Positions 41,665-50,205 of a stretch of DNA of 64,000 nt are shown piece by piece. Where the stretch lies: NCBI GenBank assembly GCA_964452935.1, contig CAYVNO010000004.1:5519-69518 (forward strand), in the 5' to 3' direction. Positions within the stretch are counted from its first letter, which is position 1; every line of letters begins with the position of its first letter. Position numbers and translations under genes: made by a program. The notes under the pieces were generated by a model. That model was not told where the DNA came from and did no database searches. It was given only the letters and a program-made list of their open reading frames with translations. The stretch comes from an uncultured Methanosarcinales archaeon (GTDB lineage: Archaea > Nanobdellota > Nanobdellia > Woesearchaeales > DSVV01).

Positions 41665-42405
41665 TCAGAATAGTAATCCTTTTTTCTTTGGTTTATCTGT
41701 TGGTGGACCTGCAGGAGGGGTTGCTGTTGGTTTTGCTGTTGGTGGTAAAGGCGCTGTGTTTTGTTTTATTGGTTCAGGTCCTTGTTGTGGAAATTGAAAT
41801 GATGGTAAAGGTGGTGAAGGTCTTTGTTGTGGTTGTGGTTGTTGTCTTGGTTGTTGAGTCATTGGTTGTTGGGGACGTGGTTGTTGTTGTGGATGTGATT
41901 CAAAGTGTTCTTTAATTAAATCAGCAACTACTAAAATACCATCTGCAATCTTTTCATTCTGTTCTTTTAGATCTACAAGCTCTTTTGAGATTGGATCTTG
42001 TTTATCATTCATTTTTTTATTAGCTTGTGCAAATAAAGCGATCATTTGCCTTACAATGTTTGTTAACTTATGCATAGAATCAGTGTAGGCTGCAATATCA
42101 AACGCTGGAGCAACTGATTTTCTTACTCTGACTGTTTTCTTTTTTGATTTTGATTTCTTTAGTTTTGTTTTTAGTTTTGAAATCTCTTGTTTGTGTTTCT
42201 TTTCGTTTGCTTTTGCTTTTTCAATCTCTTTCTGCATCTTTGTTATCTTATTTAGAATTTTGTCATGTTTGACAACTTTTACTGGCTTTGTTTTTGCTTT
42301 TTTCTTCTTTTTAGTAACATCCATGCTTTTATTTGCTAAGTCCATACTCTTCTTTACAACTGACAGAACATTCTTTTTAGTAACATCATCTAATGTATTG
42401 ACCAT
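41665..42405 (-). CDS. Coiled-coil protein with C-terminal Gln/Pro-rich low-complexity domain
   Basis: The C-terminus reads HPQQQPRPQQPMTQQPRQQPQPQQRPSPPLPSFQFPQQGPEP...PPTDKPKKKGLLF. Confidence 0.5.
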   Translation of the reverse strand: MVNTLDDVTKKNVLSVVKKSMDLANKSMDVTKKKKKAKTKPVKVVKHDKILNKITKMQKEIEKAKANEKKHKQEISKLKTKLKKSKSKKKTVRVRKSVAPAFDIAAYTDSMHKLTNIVRQMIALFAQANKKMNDKQDPISKELVDLKEQNEKIADGILVVADLIKEHFESHPQQQPRPQQPMTQQPRQQPQPQQRPSPPLPSFQFPQQGPEPIKQNTAPLPPTAKPTATPPAGPPTDKPKKKGLLF

Positions 42406-42507
42406 AATATCACCACTTTTTTATATATTGATTAGTAATGAATTGGGTGAGTCTATATATAAATCTTTTGTTTTTGAAGAAATAGAAGAAAAAAAGAAAT
42501 AAATGAA

Positions 42508-42993
42508 TTATTGTACTTCTGCGAACAGCTCTCCGCCAATATTGTGGTCGAAGGACGATCCTGCCTTGTTATCATAGTAGTTCACAGTCATTGTTAGTCT
42601 AACTTTTTCTCCTAGTGTTAAAGATGCACCATCAGCTAAACAGTTTTCAATTGTAAATTCACTTGTTGCACCACTTGCCATGGACTCTGGAGTTAAAATT
42701 AGATCTAACTGATCACAATCAATAATTCCGTTAGGATCATCAATATCAATTGTTTGGATATTTATTGTTTGACCCATGCCATTCTCTAGTTTTAGTTTTA
42801 TTTCGTCTAATGATGAATCAATCTTATACCCTACGCAGTTCATTCCTGATGCAAACATGCATTTTTCTGGTAAAAACCTTGTTGGACTTAGTACTCCGAA
42901 GTATGCTAGAGCTCCGATCATTACGAGAATAACCAGGAATGCCCATCCGTAAGTCATTAAGAATTCTAATGCTCCTTGTGCTTTCTTATTCAT
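42508..42993 (-). CDS. Archaeal type IV pilin-like protein (class III signal peptide)
   Basis: From the internal ATG at 42993: MNKKAQGALEFLMTYGWAFLVILVMIGALAYF. The track extension to 43050 looks spurious. Confidence 0.7.
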   Translation of the reverse strand: MNKKAQGALEFLMTYGWAFLVILVMIGALAYFGVLSPTRFLPEKCMFASGMNCVGYKIDSSLDEIKLKLENGMGQTINIQTIDIDDPNGIIDCDQLDLILTPESMASGATSEFTIENCLADGASLTLGEKVRLTMTVNYYDNKAGSSFDHNIGGELFAEVQ

Positions 42994-43197
42994 TTTATCA
43001 CCTTTTTTTATCAAATATTGAATATTTGGATAAATTTGGGCAAAACACATATATAAATGTATCGGAAGGAGAACTTTTAAAAAGGGTTAAATATATATAA
43101 TACCGAGCTAAAGTTGGTATTATAAGACTTTGTTGGCACAAAGTATAAAAAGGGAATGTAGATACTGTATGTATTATGCTTAAAAGGAGGGATATTT

Positions 43198-43596
43198 ATG
43201 GGAGAAACTAAGTTAGCAAGTGTTGGTTCAATGCAGAAAGGTAGGTATGTGGTTGTTGATGATGCTGCATGCAAAGTTACTGATATTCAAGTTTCAAGGC
43301 CAGGTAAACACGGCCATGCTAAGGTAAGGTTAAGTGCTGTGGGTATATTAGATGGTAAAAAGAGGCAGATTGTTATGCCAGGGCATGATAATATAGCTGT
43401 ACCAGTGATTGATAAGAAGACTGCTCAAGTGTTGTCAATCAGCGGAAATATGGCAAATATTATGGATTCAGAGACCTTTGAGACATTTGATTTAGAGATC
43501 CCAGATGAGTTAAAGGCAGATTGTAAAGAAGGAGTTAATGTACTTTACTGGGTTGTTTTGGATAGTAAAGTAATGAAACAAGTTAAGAGTGATTAG
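43198..43596 (+). CDS. eif5a: Translation initiation factor 5A
   Basis: Hypusination loop SRPGKHGHAKVRL; GGAGGG 6 nt upstream of the ATG. Confidence 0.95.
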   Translation: MGETKLASVGSMQKGRYVVVDDAACKVTDIQVSRPGKHGHAKVRLSAVGILDGKKRQIVMPGHDNIAVPVIDKKTAQVLSISGNMANIMDSETFETFDLEIPDELKADCKEGVNVLYWVVLDSKVMKQVKSD

Positions 43597-43624
43597 AGTT
43601 CATATTTAATAAAGGTGAAGAACA

Positions 43625-43786
43625 ATGGTTAAATTCGCAGAAGCTGACGCAAGATTATTCAAGAACAAGTTTGTTTGTAGGAGTTGTAAATCTACAACTA
43701 AGGCAACAAATATGAAGGTTTTGGCAAAGAAGGTGAAATGCAGGAAATGCAATTCAAAAGCTTTGAGACCTTTGAGAAAGAAGTAA
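43625..43786 (+). CDS. rpl40e: 50S ribosomal protein L40e (53 aa; absent from the ORF track)
   Basis: MVKFAEADARLFKNKFVCRSCKSTTKATNMKVLAKKVKCRKCNSKALRPLRKK, with a CxxC...CxxC zinc ribbon and ARL motif typical of archaeal L40e. GGTGAAG upstream. Confidence 0.8.
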   Translation: MVKFAEADARLFKNKFVCRSCKSTTKATNMKVLAKKVKCRKCNSKALRPLRKK

Positions 43787-43812
43787 TCTTAGTTTAAAAA
43801 AGAGGTTTATTA

Positions 43813-45024
43813 ATGAATATTGAAGTGATATTGTTAATAATATTTGTTATTTTTCTTTCTGTAGTTTTATATGTTAAGAGAAAGAAGGTTGTTATTCAGA
43901 AGATTATTTTTCCGTTTCTTTATTTAATAATGTATAGGACAAAGTTAGGGATTAATTTAATGGATAAGATTGCTAAGAAGTATAATGAATATGTTAAATT
44001 ATTTGGTTATTGTTCTATAGGTCTAGGTTTTTTAGGAATGATCTATGTTTCTATTGCAATACTTATGTTTATTATTAAACTGGTTGCTTTCCCAGCTGTG
44101 AGTCAACCAGGTGTAACATTAGTTTTACCTTTTACAAATATTCCTGGGATTGGTTATTTGTCATTTACACATTGGATTATTGCGATCTTTATTTTAGCTG
44201 TAATACATGAGTTTGCACATGGTGTTGTTGCAAGAGCTCATGGTTTGAAAATTAAATCAAGTGGCTTTGCATTCTTTGCTTTGTTAGCTCCTGTTATTCC
44301 TGCAGCTTTTGTTGAACCTGATGAGAAACAGTTGAAGAAACAAAAAGATGTTGTTCAATACTCTGTGTTTTCTGCAGGACCTGTTATTAATATTGTGTTT
44401 GCACTTCTTTTATTAATGGTATTTCCTTTTGTAGCTGATAATAGCGGGAGTGTTTTGGCTCCGTTTGAAGATAAGATAACAGAACCAATTGGTTTTTCTT
44501 ATGAGACATTAGAGAATGATAGTTTTCCTGTTTATTCAGCTGGTGTTCCTTCAGGTGTGTTGATGAGTGTGAATGGTAATGATATAGAGAACTATTATGA
44601 TTTTTATCAAGAGATGGCTTGTGTTGGAGTTGGTGAGGAAGTGGTAATGGGTACTGATTCTGGAGAGTATAGGATAACTACTATTAGTTCTCCTGATAAT
44701 TCTGAAAAAGGTTTTATGGGAATAAGACCTATACAGAATGAACGAAGAATTATTGAAGAAGGTTTTGGAGCTTCGGCTTATTATTGGCTTCGTGGTTTAG
44801 TTAGATGGTTGTTTTTATTGAACTTCTTCATTGGTTTAGCTAACTTGTTACCTTTAGGAATAGTTGATGGTGGAAGAATGTTACAGGTAGCTTTGCACAA
44901 ATTAATGAAGAATAAGAAAAAAGCACAGAAGCTTTGGTTGTTCATTGGATTTTTATTCTTAGGATTTTTATTGTTTGCTTTGTTTGTGAATTATTTTGGC
45001 AATCCTTTTGGGATTTTTGGTTGA
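43813..45024 (+). CDS. M50 site-2 protease with inserted PDZ-like domain
   Basis: HEFAHGVVA in TM, NLLPLGIVDGGRM distal motif, and a soluble insert between them. Confidence 0.85.
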   Translation: MNIEVILLIIFVIFLSVVLYVKRKKVVIQKIIFPFLYLIMYRTKLGINLMDKIAKKYNEYVKLFGYCSIGLGFLGMIYVSIAILMFIIKLVAFPAVSQPGVTLVLPFTNIPGIGYLSFTHWIIAIFILAVIHEFAHGVVARAHGLKIKSSGFAFFALLAPVIPAAFVEPDEKQLKKQKDVVQYSVFSAGPVINIVFALLLLMVFPFVADNSGSVLAPFEDKITEPIGFSYETLENDSFPVYSAGVPSGVLMSVNGNDIENYYDFYQEMACVGVGEEVVMGTDSGEYRITTISSPDNSEKGFMGIRPIQNERRIIEEGFGASAYYWLRGLVRWLFLLNFFIGLANLLPLGIVDGGRMLQVALHKLMKNKKKAQKLWLFIGFLFLGFLLFALFVNYFGNPFGIFG

Positions 45025-45028
45025 GTTG

Positions 45029-45574
45029 TTAACCTATTTTATGAGTAGTTATCAGTTTAGGTTTTTTCCAAAACATTAATTTGTCTAAAACTTTGTTCAA
45101 TAGTTTTGCATATTTATTTTTTCTAGGTTTATTTAAATCATTTAATGTAGTTTGTGAAGCTGAAGTAGGTTTTCCTAACCTCCCTATTGAAACTTGATAA
45201 CCCATACTTTCTAATTCTTTTTTTCTTTTTAGTTGATATTCACCAACCAAAGATCTGTTGTATTTAGCCTCTACAAACATTAATTTCTTATCTGGTGTTA
45301 AGATAATAAAGTCTGGTAACCCTTTGATATTTCTCTTTAAATAACCCATTAGTTCAATTTTTTTCTCTTTTTCAATAGTGCTACTTCTAATGATTTTCAC
45401 TACATTATCAATCAATAAAGTTTGTTTATTGTTGTCTGAATCGTATTCGCATAATTTCTCTGGGGAAAAACCATTCTTAATATACCATGATTTAATAAAT
45501 GTCTCTGCAAGGGCTCCTTTTTGTTGATTATTTAGCTCCTTATGAGGATTTTTGCACACATGTACTTTTTTCAT
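45029..45574 (-). CDS. VRR-NUC / PD-(D/E)xK nuclease-fold protein
   Basis: GLPDFIILTPDKKLMFVEAKYNRSLVGEYQLKRKKELESMGYQVSI matches the VRR-NUC core (PD ... ExK ... Q). Confidence 0.65.
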   Translation of the reverse strand: MKKVHVCKNPHKELNNQQKGALAETFIKSWYIKNGFSPEKLCEYDSDNNKQTLLIDNVVKIIRSSTIEKEKKIELMGYLKRNIKGLPDFIILTPDKKLMFVEAKYNRSLVGEYQLKRKKELESMGYQVSIGRLGKPTSASQTTLNDLNKPRKNKYAKLLNKVLDKLMFWKKPKLITTHKIG

Positions 45575-45645
45575 ACATTAACAAATTTGCCAATAAATAT
45601 AAAGTTTTGGTTAATTTTATAAATTATTTCAAATCTCCTTTAATC

Positions 45646-45861
45646 ATGAAAACTGATATTCTTATTGCTTTGCTTGTGGGAGTAATGTCTGGTTGGACAG
45701 TGACCATATTTGCAAAGCCATGGGAAGAATTAAATAATAAGATTATTGGGACGATTAATCCTAAACACGAATGTTCAGTCATTCTTGCAGAAATAATTTT
45801 GGACATGATGGGTTTTATTGTTTTGATTATAATGGTGTTGTTGGCTTCATTGTTACCTTAA
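45646..45861 (+). CDS. Small two-TM membrane protein
   Basis: MKTDILIALLVGVMSGWTVTIF...GFIVLIIMVLLASLLP from ATG 45646. The upstream part of track ORF 45499..45861 is antisense to the nuclease gene. Confidence 0.4.
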   Translation: MKTDILIALLVGVMSGWTVTIFAKPWEELNNKIIGTINPKHECSVILAEIILDMMGFIVLIIMVLLASLLP

Positions 45862-46748
45862 AAATATTTATTTAATAATAAATAAAGAACTAACACAAAC
45901 ACAAAAATAATTGCTAAAATGATATATCCCCCATATGAATTAGTTTCTGCTAATTCTTCTGTTAGAACTTTCTTTTCACCAATAGTGAATTGAGGTAGTT
46001 CTCCTTCAGAGATATGTCTCTCTGTTAGCTTTCTGTGGTCAAAATCTTGTTCTGAAGATTTACCCATACTACTTAGAATCTCATTATCGGATCTCTTTTG
46101 TTCATCTGCTTCATATTCTTCCCAACCAACACATGGATGTCCTTGACCTTGGTTTCTTCTAATCCTAGTTTCTATATCTCTTGCATTTACTCCTGAACCA
46201 ACAAGAGGCCTTAAAGATTTCATGTGTTTTCCACAAAAATATCTTCCGCAATAATCGCATTTTTTTATGTCTTCTTTTTTTTCACACGTATGGTTGTTGC
46301 ATTTTTTCTTGTCTATAACTGATTCTGATGGTTTATCCTCTTTCTTGGATTTTGAATTACTAGAAATATGTACAACTCCAGGTCCAACACTAGGTCTAAT
46401 CTTTTGTTTAATGGAATCATGAACTATTTCAAAAACAATATCATGATCCTTTTCCGTGTCATGAATATATTTTACAATTTTTTCCATGATATGTGCTACT
46501 TCGTGAGATGCAGTATCTTCGATCTCTTCAATAGTCATTTGTTTAAGATTATTGTTGGAAGTACAAATAAAACCGGTATCTAGATGTATGTGTGCTAGTT
46601 CATCACCTTCTTGACACTCCCATTTTTTATCCCAAAATTTTACTTTTACTGGCTGGATACTAATAACTTCACAAGATTTTCTAACTATTTCTAGAAATTT
46701 AGCCTGTTTAATTCTTAGATTCATATATTCAAAATCTTTCTTTACCAT
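45858..46748 (-). CDS. SprT/WLM-like HExxH metalloprotease domain + AN1-like zinc finger + C-terminal TM anchor
   Basis: DTASHEVAHIMEKI (HExxH), the cysteine array CNNHTCEKKEDIKKCDYCGRYFCGKH ... GHPC, and the C-terminal helix YIILAIIFVFVLVLYLLL. Confidence 0.55.
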   Translation of the reverse strand: MVKKDFEYMNLRIKQAKFLEIVRKSCEVISIQPVKVKFWDKKWECQEGDELAHIHLDTGFICTSNNNLKQMTIEEIEDTASHEVAHIMEKIVKYIHDTEKDHDIVFEIVHDSIKQKIRPSVGPGVVHISSNSKSKKEDKPSESVIDKKKCNNHTCEKKEDIKKCDYCGRYFCGKHMKSLRPLVGSGVNARDIETRIRRNQGQGHPCVGWEEYEADEQKRSDNEILSSMGKSSEQDFDHRKLTERHISEGELPQFTIGEKKVLTEELAETNSYGGYIILAIIFVFVLVLYLLLNKYF

Positions 46749-47982
46749 TTAAATCTTCTTTATATTTTACTTTTTTATAATCTATCTCAAATAACCCATC
46801 CATGTTTAAAGGAGCATAATTTATTAATTCTACTCCTACATTTATCTGTTTGGTTTTACCGTTGATAAATGGGTATTTCTTTGTGTTATTGTTGTGATGA
46901 TGTCCACAGATAGTCCATCCGTTCCACTCTTCAGGGATATCTCGTGGGTCGTGAACTAATAATAAATCTTCACCACCATATTTAATAATCACTTTGTCAT
47001 AAAATCTTATTTTCTTTGATCTATCATGATTTCCTTTTATGAATATAATATTTCCATTTAGTTTTTTTAACCAATAACTTGTTTTTTTGCTTCCCTTACC
47101 AAATGCCATATCCCCCAGAAATAATATGGTATCCCCTTTGTCTACTGTGTTGTTCCAGTTATTGATTATCTTTTTGTTCATTTCTTTAGTATTTTTGAAT
47201 GGCCTCTTACAATATTTTATGATATTTGTATGATCTAGGTGTAAATCACCTACTACGAATACTTTTTTCTTTCTAAAAAAATTAAGTAAACTGCTGAATA
47301 TTCCTTTTTCTTCATTTAAGTCTAAAGTATCTATCGAAATAGATTTATCAGTAGTATTTTCCTTCAACAATGAAAATGATTTTTGCATTATTCTTTTGCT
47401 TTTTGCTTCTCTTCTGTTCAATAGCCTATTTTGTAAGAAATCATATTCATACAAAATTCTACTATTCTTTATAATTGCTATTCTCATTAAAGTGTATTGG
47501 TGGTTTGGTTTGGGCTTATTGTTGATGTACCTTTTTATTGATTTGAATTTATTTTGAGGAATTCTCATAGCGATTGTGATGTGGTAATAAAATTTTCTAA
47601 CTAGATCATGTGGTTTTAAGTAACAATATTCTTTTAGAGTATTAGATAATTTCCACCTAAAGTCATCTAATTGTTTGTCTGCCTTAACATTGATATAAAC
47701 TACTTTTGAATCTTCAAATGTTTCATATCCCTCTACAATATAATTCATTAGATTATACTGCATACATAATTTCTTGAAATCAGAAACTAACTTCCTTTGA
47801 TTTCTTGTAGTAAAAGGTCCTGCTAGAGAAATGTGGGGAACAGGCCTATGTTTTCTTGTTCTTTTCAGTCTGAATTTATAATCAACTTCTTTAATCAAAC
47901 TTTTTACTTCATATTTTGCTTTCCCAAGAATCCTTAGTTCTATCAAGTATCTATTCATATAGTGTAGTATCTTGCTGAACAT
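46729..47982 (-). CDS. Fusion of a 2H (LigT-like) phosphoesterase domain and a calcineurin-like metallophosphoesterase domain
   Basis: Two HxS/T motifs (HISLAGPF, HITIAMRI) about 85 aa apart, then GDLHLDH, GDMAFG, GNHD and GHHH. Confidence 0.75.
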   Translation of the reverse strand: MFSKILHYMNRYLIELRILGKAKYEVKSLIKEVDYKFRLKRTRKHRPVPHISLAGPFTTRNQRKLVSDFKKLCMQYNLMNYIVEGYETFEDSKVVYINVKADKQLDDFRWKLSNTLKEYCYLKPHDLVRKFYYHITIAMRIPQNKFKSIKRYINNKPKPNHQYTLMRIAIIKNSRILYEYDFLQNRLLNRREAKSKRIMQKSFSLLKENTTDKSISIDTLDLNEEKGIFSSLLNFFRKKKVFVVGDLHLDHTNIIKYCKRPFKNTKEMNKKIINNWNNTVDKGDTILFLGDMAFGKGSKKTSYWLKKLNGNIIFIKGNHDRSKKIRFYDKVIIKYGGEDLLLVHDPRDIPEEWNGWTICGHHHNNNTKKYPFINGKTKQINVGVELINYAPLNMDGLFEIDYKKVKYKEDLNGKERF

Positions 47983-48036
47983 TATATATTTTATGGTAGT
48001 TTTGCTTAAATCTTTTAATCGAATAACGGAAGAATA

Positions 48037-48510
48037 TTATCTCATCTTATAATTCTTAACTATATTATGTTTTTCTAATAAATATTTTCTTACTTTTTGG
48101 CGATTCCAATGACCTCTATTTCCTTTTGTCCATCTCCTAACATTTCTCCCTTTAACTGGAAATGTGTAGTGGCTTGCAGTAATGACAACCCTGAATAGAT
48201 CGTCTTTCGTAGGTTTACGCCTGTGTTTTCTCTTAAATTCTGCTAATATTTTCCTATACTTTCTTTCTGCCTTGGCTTTAGTTTTTGCAGGCAAAAATGT
48301 GCTCCTTTTTTTTGTTGATATTCTTCTTCTAATCTTCTTTTTTTGTCCAAAAAATAGGGCCTTAAAAAACTTTATTAAGAAGAATAAAGATATCAATAAA
48401 AATAATACAAGAGTTATCTTTTCTATGGAAAACATAGTTTTAGTTATACCTATTAATATATAATATTTGTTATTTTGATGAGACATTAACTGCCTAAATC
48501 TTTTAATCAT
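48037..48510 (-). CDS. Membrane-anchored, highly basic small protein
   Basis: TM helix ITLVLFLLISLFFLIKFF followed by an Arg/Lys-rich 90-aa tail. Start uncertain (Met 1, 9 or 26). Confidence 0.4.
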   Translation of the reverse strand: MIKRFRQLMSHQNNKYYILIGITKTMFSIEKITLVLFLLISLFFLIKFFKALFFGQKKKIRRRISTKKRSTFLPAKTKAKAERKYRKILAEFKRKHRRKPTKDDLFRVVITASHYTFPVKGRNVRRWTKGNRGHWNRQKVRKYLLEKHNIVKNYKMR

Positions 48511-48571
48511 AATTAAAACCTTTAATCAAATAATAAAAAGAAATAAATATTACCTACAAGTCAGTTTTTCT

Positions 48572-49408
48572 ATGGTTTTCGATAAAATGTTAGCGCCAAT
48601 AGAAAGCAACATATTCAAAAATGATATTGCTTTAGATTATTCTTTTCATTCAAAATTTTTCTTACATCAAGAACATAATCAATTAAGAGTAGCTGAAGCA
48701 ATACTGTCTCTTCTTTCTGATAATATGGGTAGAACAATATATGCAAAAATAGACCTTTTGAATGAAGAAAATATAGGTGCTCCAATAAAGAATGTATTGG
48801 ATGATTTGAAAGAAGCTAGAAAAGATGATATATTTCAATTTTATATAAACTGTTGGCAAAATAATACTGAAGAAAAGATGTTGATCAAGATATGCATGGA
48901 TATGGGTCTTAAAATAAAGAAAGATAGTAACCTACGTAAACTAATAAAAGATAATCTGAATAAACCTGCAGTATTTGTTTTTGAAAATCTTAATTATGCA
49001 GAAGAAGTTGATTTATACCATTGGATAAAAAATGAAATAGAATTAAAGACAATAATCATCATATCTAGACTTGAATTAATGGGAGTTCATGATTATGATG
49101 AAGTTATACACTTCCAATATACATCTATGAAACAAATAAAAGATGTTATACGGCAGCGTGTTGACCTAGCTTTAAAAAAAGATGTACTGGCACCGGGAAT
49201 AATTAAAAGGTTAGCAGGGATTGCTTTCTATTCTGGTGATATAATGAGAAGTATGCGAATATTAAAGGAAGCATGTCTTCTTGCAGAGGATGAAGAAAGA
49301 GAATATGTAACTATGGAGGATATCGACAGAGTTGAGAGTGGCATGTTTGGAGATTCAATTTGTGCGTACGATAGATTCTTAAAAGACCCAAAGACTGTCC
49401 ATGGCTAA
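48572..49408 (+). CDS. Orc1/Cdc6-like AAA+ protein lacking Walker A and the winged-helix domain
   Basis: FYINCWQNNTE, VFVFENLNYAEE (degenerate Walker B), IIIISRLE (sensor 1 region), VIHFQYTSMKQIKDVIRQRV and GDIMRSMRILKEACLLAEDEEREYVTMEDIDRV follow the Orc1/Cdc6 layout. No GxxGxGK[ST] is present. Confidence 0.6.
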   Translation: MVFDKMLAPIESNIFKNDIALDYSFHSKFFLHQEHNQLRVAEAILSLLSDNMGRTIYAKIDLLNEENIGAPIKNVLDDLKEARKDDIFQFYINCWQNNTEEKMLIKICMDMGLKIKKDSNLRKLIKDNLNKPAVFVFENLNYAEEVDLYHWIKNEIELKTIIIISRLELMGVHDYDEVIHFQYTSMKQIKDVIRQRVDLALKKDVLAPGIIKRLAGIAFYSGDIMRSMRILKEACLLAEDEEREYVTMEDIDRVESGMFGDSICAYDRFLKDPKTVHG

Positions 49409-49463
49409 GGGAGTATTTAGATATTCTAAAAAGAAGATATTATCAGAGATTATGGAGGAAAAC

Positions 49464-49841
49464 TTACCTCTTCCGATAACCAAACTTTTTATTATAATCT
49501 TTGTGATTCATTAGATCTAAGATTAATGAAATAATTTCTACATCTGTTCCTCTGATTGTGTAGATCATTCTCCATGCTCCTGACAGATTAACTTTCCACA
49601 AATTACTTACATCATAATCTCTAGTGTAAACTTTGGGTATTCTGTCTTTAGGTATATGAATTCCGTACTCTGGGTTGTCTTTTAGTAAATCAACTTTTTG
49701 TTTTATAGAATTAAGTAATGTTTGGTGATCGCTTTTTGTTATGCCTTTTTTTATTTCATCACCAACCAATTTATTTAAATCATTAAACTCATCTTTAGCT
49801 TTTCCAGTAATTATTACTTTAGTTGGTTTTCCTTTAAACAT
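49464..49841 (-). CDS. RelE/ParE-superfamily toxin-like protein (paralog of 15151..15489)
   Basis: NLWKVNLSGAWRMIYTIRGTDVEIISLILDLMNHKDYNKKF. Confidence 0.65.
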   Translation of the reverse strand: MFKGKPTKVIITGKAKDEFNDLNKLVGDEIKKGITKSDHQTLLNSIKQKVDLLKDNPEYGIHIPKDRIPKVYTRDYDVSNLWKVNLSGAWRMIYTIRGTDVEIISLILDLMNHKDYNKKFGYRKR

Positions 49842-50113
49842 TATAATTCCATTCCTTCTTCTATCGCTTTCTTTAGTTTTGGACTTGGGTTGTGTATCCA
49901 GAGAATTCCTTTTCTTCCATCCATTATTTTCCCACTGTCTTCTAAGTATTTCAAAATAACATTAAGTGTTTGGTGCATTACCTTTTTAGGTAGTTTATTC
50001 TTAAGTTGTTCTCTTGTTAATAATTCGTTTGCTTTTTTCAATGTTTCCTCAACCATTAACACAGTTTTTAGGCTGGGGTAATGGATTACCTCCAAATTTT
50101 GCATTTTATCCAC
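49841..50113 (-). CDS. Antitoxin-like wHTH protein (paralog of 15486..15752)
   Basis: 90 aa; its stop overlaps the toxin start. Confidence 0.6.
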   Translation of the reverse strand: MDKMQNLEVIHYPSLKTVLMVEETLKKANELLTREQLKNKLPKKVMHQTLNVILKYLEDSGKIMDGRKGILWIHNPSPKLKKAIEEGMEL

Positions 50114-50124
50114 CTTTATTTATT

Positions 50125-50162
50125 TATATAAACTTATATAATAATATATATAAACTTATATA
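50125..50162. promoter_or_regulatory. Direct-repeat operator/promoter (TATATAAACTTATATA x2, 22-nt period)
   Basis: Identical 16-mers at 50125-50140 and 50147-50162, just upstream of the antitoxin start at 50113. Confidence 0.55.
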
Positions 50163-50205
50163 TAAATGTTTCGGATTTTTAGCTATAAAAATAGACAAAT
50201 TCCTC

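Noticed and set aside
48001-48510. 14-nt repeat TAAATCTTTTAATC at 48004-48017 and 48496-48509
   Set aside because: The second copy is the first codons (MIKRF) of ORF 48037..48510. The first copy lies 22-35 nt upstream of the next gene and would encode IKRFKQ in a short dead-end frame. This is most simply a small duplication of a gene 5' end, too short to interpret further.
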